The translations under genes and the position numbers were made by a program. Below, piece after piece: positions 34,790-50,096 of a DNA stretch of 64,000 nucleotides. This DNA is from Geosiphon pyriformis uo1 (Eukaryota; Fungi; Glomeromycota): the NCBI GenBank assembly GCA_016748015.1, contig JAAOMT010000445.1, forward strand, positions 486,874-550,873, read 5' to 3'. The notes beneath the pieces are model-generated. The model saw nothing but the letters and a program-made list of their open reading frames with translations, searched no databases and was not told the DNA's origin. Position 1 is the first letter of the stretch, and each line of letters opens with the position of its first letter.

Positions 34790-37700
34790 ATATTAAGCTT
34801 TGTTAAAATTTTTACTTTGAATTAGGTCTATTACTTCTTTTTTTAATATTATTTGTTCAACTCTGTTTCTTATGTCTTCAATTTGTGAGTTGCTTATTCT
34901 TTCTCATTAGTTAATAGTTATTGTCTCCATATTAAGGTATAACAATATTTTTGAACAGTTTTGAAATATAGTGTATAGTTGATAGATTATTCTGATGTGT
35001 AGTGTTAAATTTGTTTTTTTTCTAATAATGTTTTTAATGTTTTATATTATTTTTTGGTTGAATATTCTTTTTGATTTATCAAAATATAACTTTTAAATAT
35101 TTAATTTTTGTTCCAATTAATAGTAATAGTATAATATTGGAAGTTGTTCTATCCATTGGTTTTAATTTTTTTGGTGAGTTTTTCTGTTAAAATTATGATA
35201 GATATTTTTCCAAAATTGTTTTTTATTTTTTCTATTATTTTATCTGACCAGTATTTGGTTGGTTTTGTAGTCATTAATATAGAGCACTTCTTGTTTTTTT
35301 TTCTTGTTTAATGTTTTGATAGCAGATTGTTTGGTCATTAATAATAATTTTTATGTCCAATTGTTGTTGGTTTACAGTTTGAAATAGTTATTAAGCTAAA
35401 ATGTGAATATAGTCTAGTATTTTCATCTTTTATTGTTGCTTTGATCATGTATATTATGTCTTTATATATTTTTAATTAATTAATTTGACATGTTTGAATT
35501 GATAATTATGATTGGTTTCAGATCTTGTAAAATTTTATTTGGTTAGACTAGTATTTATTGTATTTCTAGTTGTAGAATATTACTAATAAATAATGATGTT
35601 ATATTGTAATATAATTTCAATCAATTTTTATGTACTGTTTTAGTTAAGATTTGGTTGTCTTATTTTAATTTATAAACTCTATTTCCTAAAATTTCTTCAA
35701 TTTAAAATAGTTCATCTTATTTGGAATTAAATTTTCTATTCTATTGTTTTTCTACTTTGGTATAATATAAAAGTACTTTGTTTTTAATCTTAAATTTGAT
35801 TGGTTTATCTAATAATTGATTTATCTGATAACTGGTTATTATGCTATTTTTTTGGTTTTTCTTGTGACTTTTAAATGTTATTAGCTGCTTTTTGTCTTTT
35901 GTTTTCCAAAGTTTCTATTAATCTGTATGTTTTGCTTAGCAAAATTCTTTAAAAGTTAATTTTTGTTATTAATTCTGTTAGATATGTGTTAATGTTTATC
36001 TTAATAGATAAGATTGCTGTTCTATTATAAACAAATCCAAATAGTGTTGCTTGTATGATATCTTGTTTTATTGTTTAATAAACAAATAATACTAATAGTA
36101 TAAACAAATTTCATTCTTTCTGGTTTTTTTGGCTGATCTTAGTTATTGCTTCACACAATGTTTTATTAAATCTTTCGATTAAGTCATTGGTTTATAAATA
36201 ATATGATAATGATAATAGTCATTTGATTCCAAATCTTTGACTTAATTCTGTTAATGTTCTGTTTACAAAGTGAGTTCTTTGATCGGATAACAATTCTTTT
36301 GGACATTTGTGTTGACAGATCAAATTTTGGTAAACAAATTTGGCTATAAATTCTGTATTTGTTTTTTGAATTGCTTTTGTTTTTGGCCATTTGGTAAGAT
36401 AATCTATGACTACTGTGATGTATCTATTGTCTTTGCTGGTTATTGTTAATGATCTGACTAAGTCAATTCCAATTTGATTAAATGATTGTCTCATTTTAAT
36501 TAATTTTAATGGTTTTCTGGATCTTTTTTCTTCTTTTATCTGACAAACATCACAATTTTGAACATATTAGATGATATCTGGATACATTAATGGCCAATAG
36601 TATCTCTTTTTAGTTCTTTTCATGGTTGCTTTTTTATGAAAATATTTTGCTGTTGGATCTGACTGCATGTTAAACAATATTGTTTTTTCTCTGGTTTTGT
36701 GATTACTTTAAGTGATTAGACTGAATATTTTCTATTTTTCTAATATAATATATTCTAATAAGTAATAAAATATTTTAATTGTTGTTTTATGCTGTTTTGT
36801 TTTTTTTGAGATAATTTCTCCTTAAACTGTTGAGTATTAATATAATATTAGAGTTGTTGATATTTTTGTGTATTTATTTTTTGTTATATTTTTGAATTGA
36901 AATGTTTAAAGTTGTCTTATTCATAATAAACTGTTAGCATTTCCAATTTTTTTCTCTTTTTATAATGTACTGTATAATTAAATAGTGATAGTTCTATTTT
37001 CTATTTTATATAACAATCATTTCTGAATTTTTGTCTCTGAATTAATGTTAATCTTTTGTTATTAGTGTATACATCAAACTTTTAACTCAAGTACTCTTTC
37101 TATTTAATAATAGCCCAATAAATAGCCAAGTGTTCTAGTGTTGGAGTTCTATAGTTTTTTTCGGCTGGACTTAAGCTTCAGTTGGCATATGCTACTGGGT
37201 GTTTTTTTTTATCTGGTCTTTTTGAGATAATACAGCTTCCAATGCTTGATCTAATGCATTAATAGTAATAATAAATAGTTTGTTGTAATCTAAATAGATC
37301 AGTATTAGTGCTTGAATAAACTTTCTTCTCAAGATATTAAAAGCTTTTTGTTGGGTTTCTGTCTATTTATATTTTATGTTCTTTGCTTAAAGCTGGTACA
37401 ATAGTTGAGCCAGTTTGGAGAAATTTTGGATAAAGTGGCTGTAGTATCTAGTAAATTCTAAGAATGTTTATAGTTCTGTTAAGTTTGTTAGTCCTAAAAA
37501 GTTCTTTACTATTTTGATTTTATTTGGGCTTGTCTTAATGCCATTTTTGCTTATAACATGTCCCAAGAATTTTAGTTCTGTTTTGCCAAAGAAGCATTTT
37601 GTTGTATTTAGTTTCAATCTTGCTCTTTTCAATCTTTCAAATATTTACTGAAGATAATACAGATGATCATCAAATGTTTTTGAAAACACATTGGTATCAT

Positions 37701-40700
37701 TCAGATAAATGACTACTGATTTCCATAGTAGTCCATTATAGATAATTTCTATTAACTATTAGAAGATAACTGAAGCATTTATTAAGCCAAAGGGCATAAC
37801 ATTAAATTTAAAGTTTTCTTTTCTGGTAGTGAAAGCTATCTTTTTTTTGTTGGCTAAATTTATGGCTACTTGTCAATAATTACTGTCTAGATCTAATGTT
37901 AAAAATCATTTCTTTCTCCTAAAAGCATCAAATAGTTCTTGGATTTATGAAGTTAGATAACTGTTTTTATGCATAATGCTGTTGAGTTTTCTGTAATCTA
38001 CACAAAAACAGATCTTTCCATTTTTCTTATAAACTAGTACTACTAGTAATGATCATGGATTCATTGATAATTAAATTAACTTATTGTCTAATATCCAGTT
38101 GATTTCTTGTTGAATAATTTTATAGCTAGTTGGTAGTACTTGGTATGCTCTTTGTTTAATTGGCATTATATTTTCAGTTTTAATTTGGTGCTAAATAATA
38201 TCAGTTCTGCCAATTTATTTTTACTGGTAAATATATTAGTAAAGTTGTTGAGTAGTATCTTAAGTTGTATATGTTGAAATAAGTCTAAGTTTTCCAAGTT
38301 TATTTGTTTTAATTATTTTGGTTAGAGCAAATAGTATTTTTTTTGTTCATATATTGTTTGTAATATAATATTCAATAGTGGTTTTATTTGTTATTTTAAT
38401 AATGTTCTCAGTTGTATTATAGATAAAAATTTTGATGTAACTATAGCTTTTAGCCAATATGTAAAGATTGATAAGTCCAATTTTTTTTAATTCACAAACT
38501 GTAGCTTCTACTTCAAAAATCTGAATTTAATCCTTTACTTTTTTTTTATTGCTAATATATACTGATCATATAATAGAATAAAAATTAATTAATAGGTGAA
38601 AATAATTTCTCTTTTATTAATTGTTTCTTTTTTTGTCATATTAATTGGTATTTTTATTCTATCTGTAAATCTGAATTCACTTATTTCTCTTGCTGTGATC
38701 TTTAATTTTTTTCTTTTTCTCATTAATACTAACTGAGCTATTTTTACCAAAAGCAGAAATATTGTCTGTGCTATTTTTTTGTTTGATTCAATAGTATATT
38801 CTTTTTCTGAATTATTTTGTAGCATTGTAATAATATTTTTTATATATTTTGCATCAATTATTTTTCCTTTGATATTGATTCTCTTTTTTGCTAAACTAAA
38901 TCTAAAGACTAATTGAATCATTGTTATTGCTGAGATTTTCAGTGCTAATTTTAAATCTATGCTAATGCATGAATGAGGTTCCAATCTGATGGCAGTTTTT
39001 TTGGAATATCTGAAATCAAACCCTATATTAGTATGATGTGCATATTCTGACATGATACTTTCGTTATTATTATTAAATTATTTGAGTTCTTGCTTTTTTA
39101 AAAGATTTAAAAGCATAATATATTGTTCAGGATTGTAATTGAAGTTTAAATTGTTATTATTGTTATTGTCATTTTGAACAGAATTAGAATCATTGTTATT
39201 GTTATTATCATCAGAGTTTGAATCAAGATTGAATAATAATTCTAATTCTAATGTACAGTTACTAATTGGTTTTTTCTTTTTTGGAATTGTGTAAATTATA
39301 TGTGATAATAAATTGTAAATAAAATTACACTCATTACAATATTAAAAATTAAATAGAATTAAACAGTAGTCACATAGTCGGGTGTTTAATTGTTCTAAAT
39401 ATTGCTTTTGTTTTTGTTTGGTTGGTGCTAAGTTTTGATAATATTCATGAAATTTTTTTAGACCAGTTTTAATGTTTAGAAAAGCATTAGAGTTAAGAAT
39501 AAGAACAGTCTTCACTAGTTCTGGTGAGTTGTTTTTAATTTCTAAGATCTTACTGGGCAAAACATTTTCAACTTTGACACTTGCTATTCTCCAGATCTTG
39601 TTCTCATTATGTGAATAACTATTTAAACATAACAAAGCATAATTTTATATAGCATTAAAAGTGTTTTTCTGCTAATCTAATTACTAATAAGAATTTTATA
39701 TTAACATGAGACATTACATATTTTTTCTTAACTAAGAATGTTATTCCACATTTTTTTATCTGTTTTTTACAAGCAAAACATGGTTTGTTGTCTCACTTGT
39801 CTTGTCATTTGGGGTAATTATAGTGTTTTCTGTAGCACAGCTTACAATAGTAGTGTGTGCATGTCCAATAATTTTCATTGAGTACAACTTAAGCTCTCAT
39901 GGAGAAAAGCTTTTTTCTGCAATCTTTACACTTTAGTAAAATATATAAGAGTTCTGATCTGATGTTAATTGAGTAGAATCTTTCTCAGCCATTAGTAGTT
40001 TTATTGATAATAATGTTTTTTTAGAGTTTATTTTTTCCCTTTCTTTTTCTTTTGTCATTTCAAAAAAATACTAATGGTAATTTATTGTGGTTAGTGTTAG
40101 TTCATGAAACTTGGTAGACTTCTCAGATAGATTTAGTTACTTTTTTTTGAATTTAATTAGTGATATTGGTATGGGACTGAATTTGAAATAACTACAGATA
40201 ACTGGTACTTAAATGTGCTGATCATTTTGGCTGAGTTGCAACTCTTAAGTGGTTTAGTTAAATACAGCATTTGTTTTAGATAGCCAGTTATTATCAATAA
40301 AAGCTTGGTATTGGGTGGCCTCTATGACTAATATTTTGATAAAAGTAATAATACCATTGACTTTAAAAAAAAAGTTATTAATCTTGCCAATTGGAGTTTT
40401 TATTGTTTTATTAGCAGTTATTATTTTGGCACTAGCAGTACAATTAACTTGGTAACTTAATTGGTCTATAAGTTGTTGTGTAATAATACTGCTTACTAAG
40501 CCACTATTAAGAATTAGTTTAATAGATTGGCCATCAATTTTGGCATTAGTGTACATAGTAATAATTGGTTTGGTATTAAAAACAACTTTACTAAATAATA
40601 GTGTTGAGGTTGATTCTTCTAATTTAAAAGAAAAATGGCTACAAATGATTTATTTTTTGTGCTGGTGGTAGGTGAAATATTGTTGATAAGTATTGATTAA

Positions 40701-42900
40701 TTGGTTTTTTGGTTGTTGTTTTGGGTGTTTTTCAGAGTAATAAGAAAGCTTAAATAGTTCTGAAAATTTGGGTTTTGGGCATACTCAATTTCTGAACTCT
40801 ACTGGTATGATTTTGATGATTGGTTGAATAAACTGAAGATCAACTAATGAACAACCATTGCCAATTTCCAGTTTTGTTGAATTATTTTCAGTTTTTGGCT
40901 ACTAGATGACACCTGAGTGGGATTTTGTAACAGTATTTAAATTAGTGGGGTTTAATAAATTAGTTAGAACTGTGATAGTTGATAGATTATGAATGCTAGA
41001 ATTTGATAAATTAACAGCTAATAAATTAGTTGTATTAATTGAAAGTAATACAATTGATAAAGGTATTGTTTGGGTGATTAATTACTGGTATAGTTTGGAG
41101 TTTAAAATCTGTAATTAGAGTTTTGATTCTGATTTCCTGATTATTAGTCATTTAATTAGATATAACAGTTAATTTGCAAATATTCTTGTTTATTACAATA
41201 GTGGCAACTACATGTTTCTTGTTATCACTGTTAATTAGTTGATAATGATAGATGTAGTTGATTTTGAAAACAATTTGAGTTTTCTTAATTACTGCAATGT
41301 TGTGGAGACTAATAAATTGCTTAATTGTTGTTAGCTAAGTATTTCTCAAGTTTCTAATTAATTAAATTACTAAATTGCTTCAATTTGAAATTCAGGTCAG
41401 ATGATTTACTCATTACTAAATTAATAGCTTGGGCATAATTGGCTTTGAGTTTGGCTGCTTTGAAATCTCTAGTATTAGTATCTGTGGCTTGGAGCATTTA
41501 TAAGTGCAATAAGCATATGTGTTGGAAAATACTACTTTGCAGACCTTTAATAAATTAGTTTAAAATTTGTGGTACTATAAAATAATCAGCTTTGATTGCT
41601 TGGATTTGGTATAAATTTTTGTAAAAACATCTTAGATAAGTAGTAATTGCTTCTGTATCTCCTTGTTTGATGATGGTGAAAGTATTTTTTAAACAATTAA
41701 TGCTATTGTTGTTGTTAAAATATCTTAGGAATTCAACTTTAAATTTATTAAACATTTGAGATTTCTAAACTAAGCTTTAATACTATAAGTTGGTAATATT
41801 CTGAAAAAAATATGAGATAGTCTAAAGAACTTAGACATTATTTTATTTATTGGCTGTAATGGTTTTTTCTACATCATTCAGTCATATTTAGATATTGTTT
41901 TCTTTATCTGTAAATTTTTCTAATTTGGTAATTTGTGCATATGTTATTGGTACTATGATTGATTATTGTTGTAGTTGTATTTAAAGTGATTGTGACTGTG
42001 GCTGCTGTTGTGTGGCAATTGGTACAATTGGTAGTAAATCAATCACAATTATTAGAGGTAAGTTTTGGAAAACAATAGAAGTGGGGTTTGGATTGTTCAA
42101 AGTTTGCTGAGTTTGAACAATTAGAATTTGGATTTCTGGGTTTTTGGTGATCAGATTTTAAGTATTAATGTTCTGATTGTTGTTTTTCTCTTTTTTAGAG
42201 TTGGTAATTTTTCAAGGACTGGTAGTTCTGAAATCTGGTAGTAGTGGTAGTAATTAAAGTTTTGATGGTATTGTTGATTACAAATTAAATTTTTTAAAAT
42301 AATTACTGTAGGTTCTTTATAACTTGGCTTTTTTCTGTTTATTCTAAAATAAAATTCTGGCTAATAGTGTTTTTGTGTTTACTGTGAATGTGTTTGCTAA
42401 TGCTATGTTGATAGTACTTTCAGGTGTATAATAGTATAATGAATAGATAAAAAAATTTATTCTTGATTTTTTCTAGATTGGTAGTTGTATTTGTTTTGGT
42501 GTTTTTGCTGATGTTTGTAATCTTCTTTTTTTTTGTTTGCAAAAATAATAAAGAATCTTTGTTTGGTGTATTTTTCAATCTCTTTGTTTATTTCTATAAA
42601 TAGTAGCATGAATAGATAGTTTAGTAGAAATATGGTGCTTTGAAGTAATTTACTAAAGAAATTGTTAAAAGTGGATTCTGAATCTTCTTAATCTTTTAAA
42701 TAGTATATAATTTTTTTGTTAATGTAACAATTAAAAACTGATTCTGTTGGCCAATTATTATTTGTTAATCTCAAGTAACTTTAGTAATGTTAGAATAAGA
42801 ATTTCGCAAATCCTAAGTGATTTGTTCCTATTTTTTCTAATTCTGCCACTGTTCCAAATAATTGTTGTTGGTGCTAGTTTTTTATTAAATTATACTTTAC
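34790..42900 (-). pseudogene. Internal region of F: gag (~40700-42900), PR (~40200-40620), Cys-rich (~39300-39950), dUTPase (~38650-39090), RT-RH (~36906-38310), IN (~35480-36870), ORF3 (~34790-35430)
   Basis: Track ORFs 40254-40556 (ILNSG), 38589-39053 (GFDF, FSLA, IIDAKY, KIAQ), 36219-36494 (IGIDL, SDQ). Confidence 0.87.
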
Positions 42901-42913
42901 AGAAAGCACCAAA

Positions 42914-43799
42914 TGTTACAGATGATTATTTAAGTGTTAAAGTAAATAACAAACCCATAATTTGGTGCTTAATAACTATTTTGAATAATGTTAGTTTTTG
43001 AAGATTTTCATGATTTGAAAGTTTTGGTTGAATTTTTTGTATATTAAACAGAGATTCAAGTGTTGTTTTAGTAGTCTTTTGGAATGTGTATTTCATCAAT
43101 TTTTGTTTTTAGCATGATAGTCAGTTTATTTTAACAATTATGCTTTTTTGGTAAGTTATTCTTAAATTTTTTAATTCTTTATTCTTATTTTTGGGTCTTT
43201 TATTAGACTATTTTTAATGTCAATAATTCAATGTTTTAATCTCTCAATCAATTAGTAAACAATAAGAAACAAAAAAAAATAAAAAAAAATAAAAAATTAG
43301 TATTCTGTTAATAGCCATAAACAAAAGCTATTGGTTTAATATAGTTAAGTATTAATAGTAACAAATAGATATTGGTTAACAATTAAATAATAATAACATG
43401 AATTGAATAATAAGAAGTATTTATTAATATTTGATAATTTTTATTTTAAGTTATAGAATACTATCATATAAAGAAATGAATATTGGCTTTTAAATTAAGA
43501 ATTCTTGGATAAATTCTGTCTTTTCTGCTACTAATACTTTTGTTATATATACATAATTTGAGTTATATGAGATTGTTTATATTCTTGAGTAATGTACTAT
43601 AATTTCTTAAACAATACTTATATTGCTAAGCAATATGCTGTAATTTTTGACAATACTTCATATTGCTGAACAATATGTCATAATTTTTAACAATACTTTA
43701 TATTGCTGAACAATGTGCTTATATACTAAATACTATTCTCTTATTGGTCTATTTGTTTTTTTAACTACTTTTTTTTGTACTATTTTCTTATAAGTAATA
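42914..43799 (-). repeat. 5' LTR of element F
   Basis: Matches 7279-7359 plus 33954-34776; PBS complement AGCACCAAA adjacent. Confidence 0.88.
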
Positions 43800-45404
43800 C
43801 TAGTTACTTATATAGTTATATTATAGTAAACATTAACTTTTTTTCAGAAATTATTCATTTGGAAGCTCACTAAAATATGTAGTTACTTTGTAGTAAAAGT
43901 CAACTTTTTTACAAAAATCTCATTTGTAGGTTACCCTAATAATTATAATAAAAAGAAAAAAAATAAAAAAAATGTAAAAGAAATAAAATTTTATTAAAAG
44001 AATTATTTTCTATTTAGACCTGGAGTCATTAACAGTTTTACTGAAATTTGTAGCTAATCAATTTCAAAATATTAGTTGGGTCTTAGAGAATTTCAAGTGC
44101 AATTATTTCGAAAATTTGAGTTTTTAATTTATTTGATATTTTTTATTTTTTTTAAAGAGAATTAATATATTTTTAAGATAAAATTGATTCTAAGAAAAAT
44201 AATTCCTGGTCAAATATATTTTCTTGAAAAAAAAAGTTTTTTTTTTATACAATTTATTATAGTACTAGTCTATAAACTTGAATTTTTTTTTTTGCTATAA
44301 TTTTAACAAATTAATGATATATTTTAGCAAACTACAAGTTATTTTAGTGAACTATTCATAATTTTGGTGAATTTCTACAAATTTTGGCGAATTTTTGAAT
44401 ATTATATAGTTCAAGATATTATGTAATTTGATCATCTTAATTTCAATTATACAAATTAGATTATTAATTAAATAGTGATATTTGATAATTTAATTAAATA
44501 ATAAATAATAATTTGAAATAATATTAATATATGCTAATTAATAATAGGAATTATAAGAGTAATTTTATGTTAATTATTGGCTAAAATTCTACTAGTAATA
44601 CTAGTTACATGTAATAAAAGCATGAACTGTGTTTAGTTTAAGCACTTAGTTTGGGTTTATGTATTAGATAGCAGTTGAGCTTTACTTATAAAACTTAATA
44701 ATAATAAAAAATAAATTATATTTTAAAATATAATTAACTAATAATATAATTTAATTGTTTTTTCAATAGTTATTTTTTAACAAAATTATTTTGTTATTAA
44801 ATTTGAATATATATTAAACAATATTGCTTTGTTTTCTTTTATTATTTTAAGTAAATTGTTTTAATTTTGTTAATTTTAAATAAAATAATTTCTAAATAAT
44901 TTTTAAATTCTGCTTGTTCTTATTAAAATAATTTTTTTTAAACTAAAGCATTTTATTTATTTGCTAATTTAGTTAAATATAATATAATATGGTAAAATCT
45001 AAGATAAATCTGTAAACTTTATAATTGTATCAAGTAAAATTTGTTATAAATAGACATTTTTTAAGAGCAACAACATCTTTTGAAAACAAACTCAATTAAC
45101 CAAACTAAGTAATACAACTTTAAATAAAAAATTCAAATAAGTATTATTATTATTATTAAAACAGATAAGCTTAAAAATAAAAATACTTTTTTATTACATA
45201 TAATAGTTAGTTTTTATTATAAAAAATTTAAATTTTTCTATAGATAACAAAATCTATAATATAATCAATTTTTTTTTTATTAACAGTTTAACAAGTGTAG
45301 CCTAATTACTATCTAGTATACAGAGTCAAAACTGTGGACCCCAGCTAGATGCAACTCATCCACTTACTACATATGACTAGTCACTCGGACTAATCAAAGC
45401 AACA

Positions 45405-48400
45405 CTACACACTTATATGAACAGATGCCATATTATCTAAACCAGAAAAAAACAAATAAGGCTTATGAAACCCAAAACTGATTCCGAAAGAATTATCAAT
45501 ACTAATCAGCCTAACCATACTATCCAACAAACCTCATACTGTGCCACAAGACATCACTGACAACACTTTCGAATCACTAACCAAACCATCTTTTTTCATG
45601 TCAGCTCTGAATCTGAATCTGAACCCCCACAACACAGAACGGTGATGTATACCTATACTACATACAAAATCAACAAGTATGCAAGCAGCCTCTCTGCAGT
45701 CCTCAAATATCTGCAAAGCTTCCTCAAACCACCCCACCAGCACAAAGCTCTTGCAAAAAAGAGCATATAAACCAACATCAAACACATATGAAAAAAGAAA
45801 TACCAAGACTGCGAAAAGAGTTTGGAAATGGAAACCAGCAATAAACTTCCAACCAGTCACATATTCAAATAAAATCTTCTTGCAGAAAACAGATTTTTTA
45901 CTGCAAGTGAATACATGATCAAAGAATTCAATCTTATCACAATGTAAACACAAAACATCAGAATAACATTTGTTATAAAGCCTCTTCCTAACCACGACAG
46001 ACAGCCTACTATACACAGCTTTTATGTAAAAAGAACACAAACCAGCTAAAGTATGGCTTGTAAAACCAGACAGCATACCCGAATTTGGATGCCAAACAGT
46101 CACAGTCCTAACCCAATCAATATTACAAACAGAAAAACCACCCAAAATCTTAGAACCAGGACCAATTTCCTAGTGTATACAATTCACTGATCTAAAAATG
46201 TCCTGAACAAAGTATCAAATGTTACCAGAATTCAGTATGTCATCGGCCACCAAAAAGCGTTCACACACACTAATCAGTAACAGCAACGACAAATGAGCAG
46301 AAGTGCCTGCCAAAATATTGGCACTAATATTATCCAACACATTAGAGTGTCTTTTGACCTTCACCCAAGTAATAGAAATGTTTTTGCACCTAACCAAATT
46401 TGCAATGTGTCTTCTCTTTATTCAACAGCAATTGCAAAAATCAGAACAGCCCATATCCAACTCTAAAACACAAACATCCAAAGCAGCTTAACTGTTTAAG
46501 CATACTTCTACTGAACAAGAAAAAGGTACACATTCCAGTGCCAAAGCAACAGTCTATAACTTAGTCATCATAGAAGATAAGAGGCTTACAACCCTTACAC
46601 CAACACCAAACCCAACCTCAGGAAAAAACACCACAGCACCTCCAGCCACATCAACAGAACCAAGCCCTTTCAAAGAACTGTTCATAAAAACAGAAATAAA
46701 ATTTGACCAGACCTTAAGCAAACCATTTTTAACATCAGAAAACTGACTCAAAAGCAAAACATCATTGACATTTACTAAAAGAATACTACTAAAAGAGACT
46801 GAATAAAAAGTCACATCACACAAAAACTTTAACACCAAGACAAACCAAGAAGGCACAGGTCCCCTGAGATCCAGTCTTTTCTAATGCCAGAATGTTTGCC
46901 AATCTAGGACCTTATCATGCTTGTCTAAGAGTCTGTCACAGAAAGCCACACTGAATCTTTTCAAAGAACTAATTCGATCATAATACAAAAAAGGCCCTAA
47001 GACACTAAAGACAGAATATTTACCAGGATAAAGAAAAGCACAAGACAAATTGTTTTTCATAGAAATATTATTAACCAAAAATATTTGCACTATCTCAGCC
47101 AAAAAATTGTTGGAAAGACCAACACGTAGCTTCACTAGATATTGTAATGGATTCAGCGGGGCCCAACCCAACACTTGCAGATTCAGAAAATGGTGTTCAA
47201 ATATCTAGCCAACAACTCCAGAAGCATTAGAAAAACTGATGACAGAAGCAGACTTTCCCTTAGCCTGTACTTGTTCAAATGTTTTCAGACCATATAATAA
47301 AAGGTGATAAAGCATCTCATTTGGGAAATCATGTGACAAACTAGCCTTCAACTTGAAACCCTTCCTAACCAGAGTATCTCAATGTTAACAAACAGTAGAG
47401 GACACAAAACTAAACTGAGTGCAGTAGCTAACAATGGGCTAAAGAACAGCTGAAACTAAATACAAGAACTGTTTGTCTAAAATAGTCTTTTGGAGCACCA
47501 AATTAGAAAAGAACTTAACATCAGATTGAGCTTTAGCCAAACTAGGTTTGAACAAACCATTGGTTGATAAAAAGATACCTAAGTATCTATGAGGTACACC
47601 ACACTTGGCAATTGAAATGGGCAATTCACTAATCCTAAGAACAGCATTTTTTGACCCTATGGTTGATAAAAATAGTCACCATCTTGTCATTATTAATTGA
47701 AATATTATTAATTATAAAGAAATCACTAGCAATGTCTAATATAAATTGTGTGGCAGTCTGATTACTCCCAATTCAGATAGTATTATCAACAAAAGCACCA
47801 GCTGTAAAAAAAGAAGTCATTTCACCCACATTGTTCACCCTGTCCATCTTGGCAACAAACTTGGTATTAAACTGGTAACTACATATACTCTTCTGTTTTT
47901 TAATCTCACACAGCAGGAAGTTATAGAAGATCTGCCAAAGGAGAAGAGAGAATACTTCATCCTAATCAAGACTATCCAACACCTGGTAACTATCTGAAAG
48001 GCCAAAATCTGTTATAACATGGTTCAATCTATCCTTATGAATACCACCAAAAAACCTGATGAATCTATTACACATTTTGATATGATGCAAACAAGCTTCC
48101 AAATGATGCCAGCCGACTGAGTTATATGCTTTGTGCATGTTCTATAAAACCAACTAAACTTCTTTGTCTTTTTCCAAAGCATCCTCCACTATCAATTTAA
48201 CAGCAAAAATAGGAGACTGAGTTAAGATATCTTTAAGAACTGAAAAATTGTCCTCACACAACACTCCAAACTTACTACAAGCCAGAGAAATTTGATCTGA
48301 AAAGATTTTAAAAAGAATTTTGCAAGCAGTTTCTACTAAAGCAATAAGGCAAATATTTATTAATACACCATTTCAATTATAAGACTTAGGTATTATTGAG

Positions 48401-50096
48401 ATCCAGGCTTTTTTCCACAGAACAGGAACCATGCCCAACCTCAAGCACAAATTCAAAAGAACTAATAAGTCTTTAAGAATGGCTTCACCGTAATGCTTCT
48501 ACAATTCATTAGGAATACCACTGAGGCCAGCAGCCTCCCCATCTGGCAGATGTTTAACAACTTGAAAGAATTCATCAAAACCAATAATATTCATAACATC
48601 AGAGAAAGCATTGTCATCCACATGTTGCAAAAAAGCATACTGACAGGCCTAAGGAGTTGAGAGAAGCATAGATACTGAACATTCCCTAGTCTATTCTCTC
48701 ATAATTTCATCAACTTTGGATTTAACCTTACCAGAATCCAACACCAGCTTATTATCTACTACCAAATGATTAAAAACAACCTTGCAAAAAGACTTATCCA
48801 AAATACTTCTGATCATATGGCCTTTGTCTGAACAAAAATTCTCCATTTTCCTATCAATAGCATGCCTAATTACAGCAGCTTCCATAGCTTTAGACTCATG
48901 CATTTTGGAACAACAGTAACCCTTTCTAAACCTAGACAGACAACAGACAATGTCAGCACTACTGGCATCATCAGCCATTAAGGTCTGGATTTCAAGAGCC
49001 TTAACATTATTAGCAATCAACCAAACATTAAGAAGAGCATTAGTTCTAGAAGCATCACCAGACTGAAGAGACTTCACCAACTTAGCAACAGCAGTTCCAG
49101 CTTAAAAAACTTAGAAGACTGTTTGTTGGAAGGACATTTGACCTTGTAATACCACTGCCTAGAAAATGTTTTATCAGCTGAATCAAACATCACCTTTACC
49201 AACAAAAACCACAGAAAATCAATATTTCTACCAGCACACACAGCTGAAAACTCATCAGACATGGAGGAAAACTTGACAGAAACACACTCTTTAAAATTGG
49301 TTCATTTGGGACCATCAGCATCTGCAATCCTGAACTTTCAACAATTATTATTAGCCTGCTTGCACAAACTGTTCAAATGTATATCTAAAAGACCACCCAG
49401 ACCAATTAACACCACAACAGCCTTGTAATTAGTATTAAAATAATCAGAGATAAAGACAACATTCTGATCAGCAACTGCCAAAGAAAGACTACTATTAACA
49501 AAAATATAATCAATCGTCTTTTCAACACCTCTGGAATTGCTCCATGTAGGAGCCTTGACCAGTAGGTATGCACCAAAAGAGTTGACTAAACCCAGATCCA
49601 AACAAAACCTAAAACTAGCACTTTTTTTAGAATTATTTTTATTGAAGTCATTGTCCAGAACCACAAAAGTGCTGGAGTTCAAAGCTTTCACAATAAAAGA
49701 GTTAATTTCTATAGCCTGACCAAACCTAGTTTCAGACAATGCACCAGTATACAAACCCAAAATTGTGACTGAAAGTTTGCCTTTGAAAAGGAGCCGAACA
49801 GAAATAAGATAACCAGGAATCTCCTCAACCTTAGAAACATGATGCGCAAGAGAATTGTTCATAATAATTGCCACTCCAGCACCAAGAAACTCTTTGTCCA
49901 AACCCAAAGAAAATATTCTCACTCCATCAAATTTGTTTATAATCTATGGCCTAATACTAGACCTCAACTTCGTTTCCATAACAAAAAAAACCATATTTCC
50001 AGATTCTACATGCCAACTAACAACGTTTTCCTGCTTGGCAAGGACATTGAAACCATGAACATTACACGTAGCAAATTTCCAAACCAGATCCATCAT
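45405..50096 (-). pseudogene. LINE ORF2: APE endonuclease, RT, RNase H, C-terminal CxxC..H..C finger
   Basis: ATCNVHG, GAGVA, TIDYIF; AFVDNT (FVDD); VFMNSS..., WVKVKRHS; CLHC..E..DHVFTC. Confidence 0.88.

Larger units (their letters stand above)
7279..43799 (-). mobile_element. Ty3/Gypsy element F, inserted in the 5' LTR of B; own sequence 7279-7359 plus 33954-43799
   Basis: 5' LTR 42914-43799 with PBS at ~42902-42913; 3' LTR split by C; TSD TTAG(7275-7278)/CTAG(43800-43803); internal gag, PR, Cys-rich, dUTPase, RT-RH, IN and ORF3, all heavily decayed. Confidence 0.88.
3708..44600 (-). mobile_element. Ty3/Gypsy element B (A/E family), outermost host of the nest; own sequence 3708-7278 plus 43800-44600
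   Basis: Reverse complement of 3708-7097 matches E gag, protease (ILDSG), Cys-rich region and dUTPase start; PBS 7098-7109; split 5' LTR 7110-7278 and 43800-44600 is continuous when compared with the A LTR. Confidence 0.88.
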
